Shown: positions 28,806 through 42,904 of the stretch, in pieces | Layout of the letters: each line of letters starts with the position of its first letter | Numbering within the stretch: position 1 is the stretch's first letter | From: Octopus vulgaris | Lineage: Eukaryota | NCBI GenBank assembly: GCA_951406725.2 | Contig: OX597820.1 | Coordinates: 92,876,001 to 92,940,000, forward strand | Length of the DNA: 64,000 bases | Reading direction: 5' to 3' | Notes under the pieces: model-generated | What the model saw: only the letters and a program-made list of their open reading frames with translations | Database searches by the model: none | What the model was told of the DNA's origin: nothing | Program-made: the position numbers and the translations under genes

Positions 28806-31731
28806 CACATATAAATATGTTTATACACTCACACACGCACACTCATATATGTGGGTGTATGTGTTTGTGTGTGCGCACGCGTGTATGCGTATATATATAT
28901 ATATATAAGTAGATGTATGTAACAACATACATGCGTATTATATATGTATCTAATACTTCACGTACAGCAATAGGTGTGCGGTCTCCAAGAAACATTGTTT
29001 AACAATCTTATAATCACTAGTCGATTTAAAAAGCCATCTATATCGATCTAAAATCCAGTCAGAACAGACAAGTCATTTTCCAAGCAAAATAATTATTCTG
29101 GTTTACTTTTTCTTTCATTTTTCGTCTTTTTCGTCTTTCCTCTTAATTTTTGTTTTCACTTGGGCCTTATTTATGTTCAAAACCTTGAAAGGATTCCGTG
29201 ATAGAAACGTTACACTTACATTGTGATTATATTTTTCGTTTCCATAGGTAACAGACACATTGCGTCAAGTGCAGGCGCATATGTGTAGTGTTTGTTTGTT
29301 TAGGGTCTTTTTTTTTCCATTTTTAACTGTGATTCTCCTCGTTAGATCTACAACTATAAGTAGGTTTCAGGTTACTCTTGTTTTGAAATTGTGTTTGGTG
29401 TTTATCATCGGCAGCAAACTGCTGCTTGATTGGAGTAAAAAAAAAAAAAGAAATAGCTTAATATTTGATTCATTTAACATTGTTTCGCATAAATTTATTG
29501 ACTTTATCGTTGTAACTTGATTTATCTCGTTGTTCTCATCATTCTTTAAGACTTTATTGTAAAATGATGCCCGATAAACAACTGTGCTCTTATTAATGGT
29601 TAAATTACCATTTCCATTACATTGTTTTACTTTATTTACATTGTTTTTTATAAGATTAGCATATACTTTGAAAGAACAGAAAACGTGTTGTGAAGAAAAT
29701 TATTTTCTGTGAACATTTACGACATAACTGTATAGGACTCGCCTCCCCTATGTCACAGTGTTCACACTCTAAAGGTTTTAGTAATACCTTCCGTAACTTA
29801 TTTTCTCGCATCTGTTCATATAATGCAATAATGCATCGCTTTTATTTTTATGGCGTTGCTCCATAGGAACATTCGCTATTTATTGTAGGTTTACCATTGG
29901 ATCTATATAAGAACTATGAAATAGTCTACTAAGTCAAAATTAAAATGTTTACTAATAGGTAGTGAAAATTTGCCTTTCTAGTCAGTAATAGTATTATGAA
30001 ACTAGCGTTCAGTTCATTTTTTCTTTTTTTTTTCTTTTTTGTCAATGCAGCTTCAAGAATATCGGCCTCTTCAAATGACCTGTACCAAGTCCTTAAGATC
30101 TAGATAAGATTCTCAGTGGCATCGAAACTTCTTTGTAGTTTTCCTCTTATCTTCTAGTTTAAGATGCAATGGAAATACATTTACACGTTTAATCCTCTGG
30201 AATTAAGAGCCAAATATCAAAGTTCATAAATTCGTTCTGAGCATACTTTACCAGAAATGAAGTTGGGATGTTTGCCGCATAAATTTCGATTAAATAATGG
30301 AAATGTGAATCATATCAGCGATTATGTAAACGCTGCCAACACTGTACGTGTTTAAAATTTGAACGGTACAACCTAGTATCAAAGTCTCAAGACTCTATAA
30401 AATGCATGTACCTCTTGATGCTTTGATTGAAGTTTTCTATGTTCCTACTTTTGCCAGAAGGCCAAATATACTAGTGGCAAAGGTTTGTTGATTATATTTC
30501 TCCACACTGCTCGACTTGCATACTATTTCATCAAATGACAAAGGTGACATTACCGCAATTCTAACCCAGAACGTAAAAAGCTGAAAGAAATATCGCAAGG
30601 TAATTTGTCTAATGTCCTAGTTATTTTCCACCATCCAACTATAATTCACGAAGAAAACGAAGACATTTTCAGTTATTTAGAATCACACCGCTAGTGATGA
30701 GAACCATATTATATAGCTTTGTTTATGCTTAACCTTCAAGACAATCTTAACCTAGTAGATATTTGATAAACACAAAGAAACAATCGTGAGCCCCTAGCCT
30801 GCCATTATTCGTGAACGAGTATCTATTATGCCTTTCTATCCCGCCTTCTTATCTGGTTACATTGTCTACCGCATCGTTCACTATGTCTAAACGTCTTCGT
30901 CTACTGTGTCCCACAATTTTTAACTCATCATAATGGTTCACTAATCGTTTACTAGTTTGTTGTATAGCTTAGTACAATTTAATATTTTTTTATAATAGCA
31001 CACAACTGTCTAAAATAAAATACAAAACCACACAAAACTGGTATAAAATCCAGCATTACGATATAATTTAGAATTGTAAGTGAAGGGTTTACTTGTTTGA
31101 AATAGTATCCCAATGATCCTGAAATTATATTTCGACTGTTTTCAAAAGGGAAAGATGCGTAGGAAAATGCAGTCCAGATACACAAATCTGAGAAATAAAA
31201 TGAGATGGACATGATAGAGATGTCCTTGTTTGTGTGTTTGTTCTAGCAGATCCAACCTGACATTAAAGAGCAACGTAATATCAATCAACTAAATACGAGA
31301 AATAACAAAGAAAATATCAACGAAACAAAGAGAACTGACAAACACGTAAACAACAAAATGGGCCGTCAAACACTGAACAAACAATTTAGTAACATCAACA
31401 AAAAGGAGCACCGGATACAAAACATAACAAGTGATTTCAAGTATCCCCTACCCTATGTAGGGTAAGTAAACCCCCTTGTCAGACTTCTCATAAAATGAGC
31501 CACCAAAAAATAAAAAGATGGAACACGCGAATACACTGCATTAAATACACACATTTCAGTTAGTCCGTGATTTTACCCCTTTCTTCTATCAAACCCCGAA
31601 AAGGCAAGATTTAGAGAAACCTGGCGTTTAACACGCTACAAAAATATCTTGACCCATTGGTCACCAAAATGTGCTACTACTTGTATCAATACTACCGAAT
31701 CCTCAGAGTCTGGAATCTGAACAAAAGTATT

Positions 31732-31892
31732 GCGCAGGAGTGGCTATGTGGTAAGTACCTTGCTAACCAACCACATGGTTCCGGGTTCAGTCCCACTGCG
31801 TGGCATCTTGGGCAAGTGTCTTCTGCTATAGCCCCGGGCCGACCAATGCCATGTGAGTGGATTTGGTAGACGGAAACTGAAAGAAGCCTGTC

Positions 31893-31950
<58 letters not shown>

Positions 31951-32160
31951 TTGTGTGTCTGTGTTTGTCCCCCTAGCATTGCTTGACAACCGATGCTGGT
32001 GTGTTTACGTCCCCGTCACTTAGCGGTTCGGCAAAAGAGACCGATAGGATAAGTACTGGGTTTACAAAGAATAAGTCCCGGGGTCGATTTGCTCGACTAA
32101 AGGCGCTGCTCCAGCATGGCCGCAGTCAAATGACTGAAACAAGTAAAAGAGTAAAGAGTA
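31732..32160 (+). mobile_element. tRNA-headed SINE, family A (CR1-type tail)
   Basis: A-box tggctatgtgg, B-box ggttcagtccc, internal (TA)n(TG)n, tail ccagcatggccgcagtcaaatgactgaaacaagtaaaaga; possible 7-bp TSD agtattg. Confidence 0.9.
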
Positions 32161-34440
32161 TTGTGCTGGAACACACATAGTCAATCCTGTCTACAGAGGA
32201 ATATTAATTGTCACTCTCTCATTGAATTCCCTTTGTTCATTTCTTCTGTGGTTAAGGCTGAAAAACCACGAAGTTTGGAGAGCGTACAGCATGTCTAAAC
32301 TGCAACACTGCACCCATACAATTAACTACTATTTGTTAGTGTGTAATTTGAACCACTGTCAGAGGCATGGTATATCTAAAATAATATATTTGTGAGCAAC
32401 ACTGAGGCCTTCGACCGTATATGTACGTGCTATATGTCCCTTCATCCACAACAAACTTTTGTTTGAACATATAGTTAGCTACAGTAACCAACGAAAAATT
32501 TTGATTGAAAGTGGAATCTTGAAGATCGATACGTGATCATTATTCGAGTGATCAATATTCGATTATTCATGTCTTGCCTGATTCTATACTTGCAACTATC
32601 TCTCACTTATTGATCACTTTATCACCGTTATATTAATTATGGCTTTATGTTATCAATATCACATCTCTAAGCCATTCTTCCATACAATATTAAACTATTA
32701 AATTATACTAAGCTATACTGCAAAACATCTAGGGAGGCATCAGGCGGTTCATTTGTTAGCTAAAAATTCCAGTCAAGTTACCCCCAAACCTGTAAAGTCT
32801 TCTCAAAGAAATAGAGTATAGTGTATAATATACTCTAGAAAATGTGACAGAAGGATACATTACTGATATAGTGCAAGCCAAATTAAAGTCGCTTTGAATG
32901 GTAAAAGCAATGACTAATATATAATACTTTCTCCTCATCTGGGATAATTTTTAATTAAAATTTAACTAAAATGTTATCACTAATTTCCCATTTAATTCAC
33001 CATTTTTAAGATGATAAACGTCACTGAGCGTGCTTCCCAGTCATTCTTATGAAATGGTATCACCACTCCTTGTTCCTTTAATAGAAACTAATATAATTTC
33101 TTCTTATATCATCCAAGCTCTGGCAGCTTCGGTTAATATACATCTCGCTGATGAGGATTAAGAAGATGGAAATGTATTTAAAGCTATCAAAATTCTACCA
33201 AAAAACTGGCGTCAAACGCAATTGTATTCAATATTTTTAATTATTTTTTAATTAATTATAAGTTGGTGTTGTCTCCCCTGCCTTTCTTGATAAGAATTAG
33301 ATAGTAAGTTTCCCTTCCTCACTATAATTTTACTTTTATCTATAAATTATTATTTCTTTTCTCACAACATCAATTATACTGGTTACCACTTTAACTGCCA
33401 ACTATACTATAACACCTGTGCAAGCAGGAAGCAATACTACAGCGTTTTCTTCTGGTGTTGCCGCGCTCTATTGCTTTTCAAGAAAACAATACTAGCTGAA
33501 TGTCCGCACACTGTTCTCTTTTAAATAAATGTTAAAATGCTTTTCTCACTAATTTTGACAAGTGACAACTCAGTAGACATCAGCTTCCATAAAACACAGC
33601 AGCCAATTAACGAATGTCATCAAGTTGGAAGCAGTTTTATTACCAATTTTTTTTAGTTTGTTTCTGTCTTTTTTTTTATATTTCATTTTCTTTTAGCAAG
33701 TGTACTTGTTGTTTATTTTACTTTTAGTGCATAAGTGCGTATGTTTGTGTGTGTTGTTTGTATGTTTGTGTGTCTGTTGTATGTATGTGTATGCTGTTTC
33801 TTTCTGTGTTGTGAGTGTTGTTTGCGCGCGTATATGTGTGCGTTGCGTGTATGTGTGAAAGCATTTAAGACAAGGCGATGTGATGGATGTGCGCGGTTGA
33901 GTATTGTGCACATGTGAATGTATGTGCGCGAACGGGTACGTGCATATGTATGTGTTTATTCGTGTATGTGTGTGTGAGTGTGTGTGTACCTCTGTGTGTG
34001 CGTGTGTATCTATGTGTGTGTGTGTGTGTGTAATGCACAAGTGTTTGAGACGAGGTGATGTGATGGCTGTGCGTGTTTGAGTACTGTGCACATGTGAATG
34101 TATGTGTGCGAACGGATACATGCGTATGTGTTTATTCGTTTGTGTGTGTGTGTGTATGTGTGTGTGTGTGTGTATGTGTGTGTTGTGCGTGTGGTCTGTG
34201 TATGTGAGTTGTTTGTGTGTGTTGCATGTATACTATACGTGTTGTGCTGAGTGTGTCTGAAATTGAGTGGTCTGCACCGTCAGTGCGTGGAATATATATA
34301 TATGCACATGTATGTATCTATACATGCTATATAACAATATGTATGTGTGGTTCTGTGTAAGTGTATTGTACGTGTTTATATGCATACGCATATACTTGCG
34401 TGTGTGATCAGAGTGAGATGTTTGCGTGTATGTGTGTGGT

Positions 34441-34489
<49 letters not shown>

Positions 34490-34805
34490 CGTGTGTGAAT
34501 GTGTGAATGTGCGTGCGCGTATGTCTAATGTGTGCATGTGCGTTTTTGTGGCATCCATTAGTGAATTCTATCGAAACCATTCTCTTGTCGCAACTCTGCT
34601 GATTGGTCTTAATCGATCTACTTCTGGGAAACAAATTTTCAGTGTCAGAGTAGATGTTTCTTTCTGTAACATAGCTACATACATTGTTAGAGTGGGGGGG
34701 GGCTGGAGGTTGGTTCGTTGGCTGGCTGGCTGATGGAGGCGAATCGATATAGATTTAGATAGATAGATAGATAGACAGATAGATAGACAGATGGATAGAT
34801 AGATG

Positions 34806-34906
<101 letters not shown>

Positions 34907-35534
34907 GCAGACAGATAGATAGATAAATAAAGAGAAATACCCAGCATCTATGATGCACACACAAACATACATATTTACGTAAATGTGTTTTGATTCTTCA
35001 CCAGAAAGTTATATCGGAGTCGCGAATTATTTATAATTACTTATAATTATTCGATGATCGCTTTTAGTGATTTATACTTCGATTAAGATGAGTTAAGAGG
35101 TAATCAGTTGTGTTTATATGGAATTCTTGGTATACAGATAATACTACTAAGAATCTAATTCCATGCTTAATGTTTTAGAAGGTATTTTCTGTCTCGGGAG
35201 AGAATATTTAGTTCGGTTAATAGAAAAACTCTCGTTTCGATACCTTTCTTCAGCCCGTTTCACTTAGTATGTAATCCCATGAAAGAAAACTGAAAGTTAT
35301 CATTCGTAATTTCAGTAATGTAGAATATTATACATAATTCGTACATACATATAAACATATACGCGCGCACACACACATATATACATATGGTATCTACTGT
35401 AATATAGTTTGTTCCAATAGAACACCTACGTTTAAGTGAGGATAAATATTACCTCACGCTATATATATATATCCACACACATGCGCACAAACAAAAAACA
35501 AGGAATGCAGTGTAAATAACGGACAGAGCCTAGG

Positions 35535-35571
35535 CTATTGAAAATGTTGCAAGGCGCAACGAAAATTTTAG
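35535..35571 (+). ncRNA. Hammerhead-like motif, compensatory U3-A8 variant
   Basis: CUA-UUGAAAA-U-GUUGC-AAGGC-GCAAC-GAAAAUUU-UAG. A related truncated copy lies on minus at about 480-568. Confidence 0.45.
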
Positions 35572-35689
35572 GAAAATAAAAATAAGAAATAAGGGGAAAT
35601 TTTACTGGCACAAAAAGAAAATGACTCTCCCCAGAAACAATAGAACACATACACACACATATATGTATATGTATATATATATATGATGG

Positions 35690-35985
35690 ATTCTCCCGTC
35701 GTCAGGTGACGTATGGGGGTTCGACAATTTCTTAGCGAACAACCAACCACAGAAATGCTTTGTTTATAGTGATCAAATGTTTGTGCACACATAAGTCACT
35801 CCTTCCACCAAATTGACATTATCTAGACAGGTGCAACGGGTGCTATATGTCAGATGGCGAAATGACCGCAGAGCAACGAGAAATGAAGTACTTTGCTCAA
35901 TAACACAGCGCAACGCCCGGTCTGGGAATCGAACCCACGAACTCGCAATCGTGAGGGCTGCACCTTAAGCCATGCGCCTTCACGG
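35690..35985 (-). mobile_element. tRNA-headed SINE, further variant
   Basis: Minus strand: ggcgcatggcttaag...gggttcgattcccagaccggg...ttgagcaaagtacttc. Confidence 0.65.
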
Positions 35986-36070
35986 GCGAATCCCAGCTGG
36001 CGATATTGCAACAACTTCCTCTTCTTCTTCTCCTCCCTTCTCCTTCTCCTGATAAATATATAGATAGTTA

Positions 36071-36231
36071 GGCGCAGGAGTGGCTGTGTGGTAAGTAGCT
36101 TGCTGACCAACCACATGGTTCCGGGTTCAGTCCCACTGCGTGGCATCTTGGGCGAGTGTCTTCTGCTATAGCCCCGAGCCGACCAATGCCTTGTGAGTGG
36201 ATTTGGTAGACAGAAACTGAAAGAAGCCTGT

Positions 36232-36282
<51 letters not shown>

Positions 36283-36492
36283 CTGTGTTCGTCCCCCTAG
36301 CATTGCTTGACAACCGATGCTGGTGTGTTTACGTCCCCGTCACTTAGCGGTTCGGCAAAAGAGACCGATAGAATAAGTACTGGGCTTACAAAGAATAAGT
36401 CCTGGGGTCGAGTTGCTCGACTAAAGGCGGTGCTCCAGCATGGCCGCAGTCAAATGACTGAAACAAATAAAAGAGTAAAAAGAGTAAAGAGT
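36071..36492 (+). mobile_element. SINE family A copy
   Basis: Near-identical to 31732-32160. Confidence 0.9.
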
Positions 36493-36964
36493 TATACAGA
36501 GAGAGGGGAGGAGGAGGAGGAGGAGGAGGAGGGGAGGAGTTGCTGCAGCATTGCTCGCTGGGATTCGACGTCTTGTTTTCTGTAAAGCGTACAGCCGTGC
36601 AAAACTTTGTACTAAAGTAACGTTAGGACATCTTGATTAGAAAACTTAACTATGATTAAGGTCCGCTATGATTACTCATAGCGGACCTGTCAATTGGGAT
36701 CTTAATCTACACATATCCAAAGTATGATATTTGTGGTAGTATGATATTTATGCTAATAAAAATATATATATCTTTAATCTTTAATCTTTAAATTGTTTCA
36801 GCTTCAAAGCTGCGGTCATGCCGAGGCACCACCGTTGACAGTGCTAGAGCACTATTTGAATCCTCCTCTGATACATCCTTCACAATAGGAGATACAATTT
36901 TGTTTTGAAGACACCTCCATCCACACCATGCAGGCCTCTTATACATTTTGGAAGGATATTGAAG

Positions 36965-37562
36965 ATATATATATATTACATATGTGGGAAATTCTATCTG
37001 TGGGTGTGTTTGTGGAGTTGTTAGCTAACTCCTTCTACATCGTTTTATCGATTTTGATGAAACTTGACACGTGAGTAGAACTCATGTCTGGAAACCTAAT
37101 GACATACTCAGATTGTTAAAAAAAATCAATAATAGAGCCCCTGGAAGGGATCCTTATATACACCTTATAAACAACCCATTCAATTACTTAAATTGTTTGG
37201 TAAAAATGAAATTAAGTATACTTCTTTCTTAGTATTTTCGCAATTTATCCTTAAGCAAGTAAATAGTATTTTTCTAAGCAATAGATCCACTTATTTCGGT
37301 TAGTGACTTATCCACCAACACTAGCACCCTAAGTGCTATATAATTGACTTCACAAATTGAGTATTCATAACTTATTGGGAATTCCTAAAGACAAGATTCT
37401 CTGTAAATACACAAGTATTCTCTGTAAAGACAAGTATTCTCTGTAAATACACAAAAACCGTTTTATGGGCTATACACTTTGTATTGTTGTTATTGGATTA
37501 GCGAAACCATTATGAGAACGGAACCTATGGAATTACCGGGAATTACCAGGTACGTCAGCTAG
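36965..37562 (+). mobile_element. Older non-autonomous Helitron
   Basis: Shares cgatt.tgatgaaacttgacac with the 26188 element and ends ...ggtacgtcagCTAG|T. 5' end approximate; an internal part is repeated at about 38115-38235. Confidence 0.6.
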
Positions 37563-37773
37563 TATATAAATATATTAAATTTGTTCACGGGAAACGTTTT
37601 GAATATGCAAACGAAGCTCCTATTGCTAGAGTCTAATGATATTGACTAGTGAACCAGTATTTTTAGGGTTGCTCCGAGCTGTGCCGATATAATCTAACAT
37701 AAATATAATAATAATAACAGTCCTTGGATGGAGTTTAGAAATATAAGAACATAAACAAATAAACAAGCAAACC

Positions 37774-37946
37774 AATACAGTTCTATATTTAAGAGATGGG
37801 GAATTATGTACATTATTTACATTCGACGGATATTTTTCCTCATCTTGTTTGTTGTTAACACAGCGTTTCGGCTAATATACCCTACAAGCCTTCTTCCAGT
37901 GTCTTGGGAAAATTTCGAACCTGGGTTCTCATTCCTGTTGTTGTTG

Positions 37947-38004
<58 letters not shown>

Positions 38005-38088
38005 GATTAATGTTATTGTTCAAGTCACTGCTTGGAATCGAACTCTAGATCTTGGGGTTAGTAGACCGCGCTCTTAACCACTACGCTT
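37774..38088 (-). mobile_element. tRNA-headed SINE with (AAT)n spacer and hammerhead-like tail
   Basis: Minus strand: gcgtagtggttaagagcgcg...gagttcgattcc, (AAT)n, then ACAC-TGGAAGA-AGGCT...AGCC-GAAACGC-T-GTGT, and tail catctcttaaatatagaactgta. Confidence 0.65.
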
Positions 38089-38327
38089 GTATGCTTATTT
38101 CTTAGTATTTAAACTTTTAGTTATTTTCGCAATTTATCCTTAAACGAGTAAATAGTATTTTCCTAAACAATAAATCCACTTATTTCGGCTAGTGACATAT
38201 TCACGAATATACCAACACTAGCGCCCCTGAGGGTAATATTCTCTGGGAACGCACAAAAGCCCTTTTCAAAAGCCCTCTTCAGAGTATGCCCACGGGCATA
38301 TGGCGTAGTGGTTAAGAGTGCGGGCTA

Positions 38328-38358
<31 letters not shown>

Positions 38359-38670
38359 TGTATGTATGGTGCGTTTGACGCGCGGCAATCAGTACACATA
38401 GGTTTCGGCTATAATATTGAACTCGTTAAACTCGCCCCGTCACATCTACACACAGCTTGTTGGTATCCGATGATGGGCTATAGCGTGATACAAAGAGAAC
38501 AACAATAACAGGAGAAAAGAACCTAAGCATAAATTGCTAACCATTTATTCCAATTGGTGCATATATTTCAGTAATTGACAAAACATGACGTCACACAATA
38601 GATGCAATCATTAGGTGCAGCAACTAGGACCAGCATGAAGCAAACCCATTGCAAGACAATCGAAAAAACA

Positions 38671-38728
<58 letters not shown>

Positions 38729-38789
38729 AATATATATGTACATACTTGAGTATATGTATGTATGCATGTGCCCGTGTGTGTGTGTTCAT

Positions 38790-38841
<52 letters not shown>

Positions 38842-38898
38842 TTACTTGGAAATGGATGCGTGGCGTTCAGTTAGATATTAATATAAATAATATATACA

Positions 38899-39312
38899 TG
38901 CGCAGGAGTTGCTGTGTGTTAAGTACCTTGCTTACCAACCACATGGTTCCGGGTTCAGTCCCACTGCGTGTCACATTGGTCAAGTGTTTTCTACTACAGC
39001 CTCGGGCCGACCAAAGCCTTGTGAGTGGATTTGGTAGACGGAAACTGAAAGAAGCCCATCGTATATATGTATATGTATATACGTGAGTGTGTGTTTGTGT
39101 ATCTGTGTTTGTCCCCACCAACATCGCTTGACGAAGCTGGTATGTTTACGTCCCCGTAACTTAGCGGTTCGGCAAAAGAGACCGATAGAATAAGTACTAA
39201 GCTTACATAGAATAAGTCCTCGGGTCGATTTGCTCGACTAAAAGCGGGGCTCCAGCATGGCCGCAGTCAAGTGACTGAAACAAGTAAAATAGTAAAAGAG
39301 AGAGTAAAGAGT
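38899..39312 (+). mobile_element. SINE family A copy
   Basis: Same head, body and tail as 31732-32160. Confidence 0.9.
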
Positions 39313-39319
39313 ATGCATG

Positions 39320-39356
<37 letters not shown>

Positions 39357-40102
39357 CGGGTCGTTAGACCAAAAAGACAGGAAAATAGCTGGGAGAAACA
39401 TTAGTTGAAAAGAGAAAAGATAGAAGAGAGAGAGGGGGAGAGAGATAGAAAATGGTGAAGGAGGGAGGGGAGAAAAGGGAATTAGAGAAGGATGTAGGAA
39501 GAGAACAGTATAAAGTAAAGAGTGACATCAAAAAGGTGAAGATAAACTTCCTTGGAAATGAATGCGTCGCGTTCAGTTAAATGATAATCAATGATATGCG
39601 CAGGAGTGGCTGTGTGGTAAGTAGTTTGCTTACTTCCGGTTACCCAGAATGCAACACTAGTTGGTCTGGACTGTTACAGTGAGAAGATGTGAGTTTCGGC
39701 TCCGTGAATAGAAAAAAAGAACAAAAAGAAAAATTGTCAATTATGGCTCGGTATAGCGATCAAAATACTGGGTTCTCATCACCGTAACGGTGAATTTCAG
39801 AATTTTTGCTTGAAGATTCTTTTTGTAAATTCTAGTGGGCGTATCTCGTTAGAAAACGTACATTTTTTCCGAATAAGCCATTTGAATTACCTTTTTTGGA
39901 GTATTATACAAAGAATTCCCTGTCTGTGTTATTTGTGAGGCTTTTCTTTTATTTTTCCCTTCTATTTTTTCTTTCTTTCTAAATTTTGGTTCATTATTTT
40001 CATTACTTTAATTTCAGTTTCCTCTCCTCCTCTTTTATTTTGTTTTATTTTTTATTCGGTTTAATTTTTTGGCTTACTTGAACGCCGAGGTCGACTTTAT
40101 CA

Positions 40103-41840
40103 ATGGCAAAATTAGTAAACTATCCAAAGAGCACATTAGTAAAAAGCACCATCTCTCCTAGAAATCCATCAAAGACCTATCAGGCAAAAATTCTGGGTCA
40201 TCAATTAGAATTAAAGAGGGATCAGCTAAGAAGCGTTCAGAAAATTGGTCAACGCATTTTAAAAACCTCCTTGGGAAGAATGCCAAAATCCCTGATAACC
40301 CCACTCTTGCAAGTGTGCCTATATCAGACACGCTGGACATCAACACCTCCCCTTTTACCATATCTGAACTAACAGCAGCCACCAAGCAACTAAAAGCCTC
40401 GAAAGCATTTGGTCCCGACAACATCCCAGCTGTAATTTGAAAGGATGATAGATTTCACACACTTTTGCTCAACCTCTGCAACCACACACTTTCCACCTTT
40501 GTCGCTCCAAAGATTTGGCACCAATCCCAAATCATTCCAATACCCAAAAAAGGCGATTTATCCCTCGTCACCAACTACAGGGATATATCTCTAATGTCAA
40601 TTGCTGCAAAACTGTACAACAAACTGATCCTAAATCGTCTTGTCCTTTTTGTTGAACCTTTGCTCCGAAAGAACCAAAATGGATTCAGACATGGGCGATC
40701 AACGCTGAGCCAGATACTATGCCTACGCAGACTTATTGAAGAATCAAAAGCATTTAATCGCGATCTTGCAATAGTATTTGTAGACTTTTCTAAAGCGTTC
40801 GATTCTGTAGATAGGTACAAGATGTTTGAAATCCTTAAGCTCTATGGGATACCAGACAAAATCATTTCTGCCATCAAGGTCCTCTACACAGATACGTCTT
40901 CAACCACCTTAACCCCTGACGGAGAAACATCATCTTTCTCAATCAAAGCCGGAATACTGCAGGGAGACACACTCGCCCCATTTCTTTTCATCATTGTTGT
41001 TGATTATGTGCTACGTATGTCAGTTGATACCATCTCTGGCAAGGGCTTTGAAATAAAACCAAGAAGAAGTTCCAGACACCCAGCTGAGTACTTGACAGAC
41101 ACTGACTTTGCTGACGACATCGCTCTTATCAGTGATTCTCTCTCCAATGCCCAGTCTCTTTTACAATCTCTTGAACAAGCCTCAAATTGTGTAGGTCTTT
41201 ACCTCAATGAGGCCAAAACTGAATACATAAACAAGTGCCTGTCCAACAATGCGCCCTTAAATATGGTTTCTGATTATAAATATCTTGGGTCATACATATC
41301 ATCATCTGGAAAAGAATTTCTAACTAGAAAGGGTATGGCCTGGTCAGCCTGTAATGACATGCAAAAGATCTGGTCATCAAATCTAAGTAGAGACTTCAAA
41401 CTTGAAATCTTCAAAGCCACAGTCGAACCAATTCTACAATATGGCTCAGAAACCTGGACGTTATCAAAGAAGCTTGAGAGGCGGTTGGATGGAACCTACA
41501 CTCGCCTCCTTATGAGAGCTCAAAATCTCTCGTGGAAGCGCCATCCAACCAAACTGCAAATATATGGGAAACTACCACCTGTGTCATCTCTTGTGAAAGG
41601 TAGGAGAGTCCAGTTTGCTGGACATTGTTGTAGAACTGAAAAAGAAGTAATTTCTACTCTTCTCCTCTGGAAGCCATCTAATCGCAATACCAGAGGGCGC
41701 ACACTCTCCTGCCCTGATGTAATCTCCAGGGATACAGGCATCCAGCAACAGGACCTCCGTAATGCCATGATGGACCGTGAAGTCTGGCGTAGCATGGTAA
41801 ATTCCATTGTCTCGACCACGGTCGAACAATGATGATGATG
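40103..41840 (+). mobile_element. 5'-truncated RTE-like LINE (RT ORF 40465-41832; frame extends upstream past one TGA at 40438)
   Basis: [69 protein letters not shown]; short (TGA)n tail directly after the stop codon. Confidence 0.88.
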
Positions 41841-41855
41841 TATATATATGTATAT

Positions 41856-41941
<86 letters not shown>

Positions 41942-42452
41942 CTATATATGTATATACATATATATATATATATATATATTTATATATGTATATACATATA
42001 TATATATATTATATATATATATATATATATATGTATATACATATATATATATGTGTATATATATATGTATATATATATATGTATATACATATATATATGT
42101 ATATATATATATGTATATACATATATATATATATATTTATATATGTATATACATATATTTATATATGTATATGCATATATATATATATATATATACATAT
42201 GTGTATATGTGTGTATGTGTATGTATGTATACGCGTGTGTGTGTGTGTACAAATAGCTTCGCTTAGAATTCTCCCCTCTCTCTCTCTCTCTGTCTGTCTC
42301 TTCAGTTTCTCTCACTCACGCTTCTCCTTGTCTCTTCATAGCTCTCATTCTATCTTACTGCCCTCTTTCAAATATATAAATTCTCTCTATATTTCTTCCT
42401 TCTCTCCCTATCTCTTCAGTTTCTCTCCCGCTTCTCCTTGTCTCTCCATTTC

Positions 42453-42744
42453 TCTCTTCTAACTTACTCTCCTCTCTCGGATACATATAAGGACATAGAC
42501 GCTTTCTCTCTCTTCCTTCAGCTCTCGGTCTCTCCTCTTCCTCTTCTCTCTTACTCTCGGCTCCCAATTTCTCCTTAAGTACATAGACGCTCCCTTTCTC
42601 TTCTAACTTACTCTCCTCTCTCGGATACATATAAGGACATAGACGCTTTCTCTCTCTTCCTTCAGCTCTCAGTCTCTCCTCTTCCTCTTCTCTCTTACTC
42701 TCGGCTCCCAATTTCTCCTTAAGTACATAGACGCTCCCTTTCTC
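42453..42744 (+). repeat. Two near-identical 144-bp tandem monomers in the LINE 5' UTR
   Basis: ggatacatataaggacatagacg occurs at 42479 and 42623 (period 144). Confidence 0.9.
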
Positions 42745-42904
42745 TACTTTCTCCCTACCCCCCTATTGCACTATTAGATTAATATAAATTAATATAATAT
42801 AATATAATATAATTCCTCCCTTCCTCACAATCACAATCACTTCCTCTCTCCTCCCTTCTCCCTTTTTCCCTCACAGCTTCTCTCTCTCTCCCCGCTACAA
42901 CGGA

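Noticed and set aside
29230-29253. Recursive-splice-like tttccatAG|GTAAc on the plus strand
   Set aside because: A single motif on the strand opposite the candidate gene, with no supporting plus-strand exons.
33148-33176. CTGATGA...GAAA motif
   Set aside because: No convincing stem II or stem III pairing.
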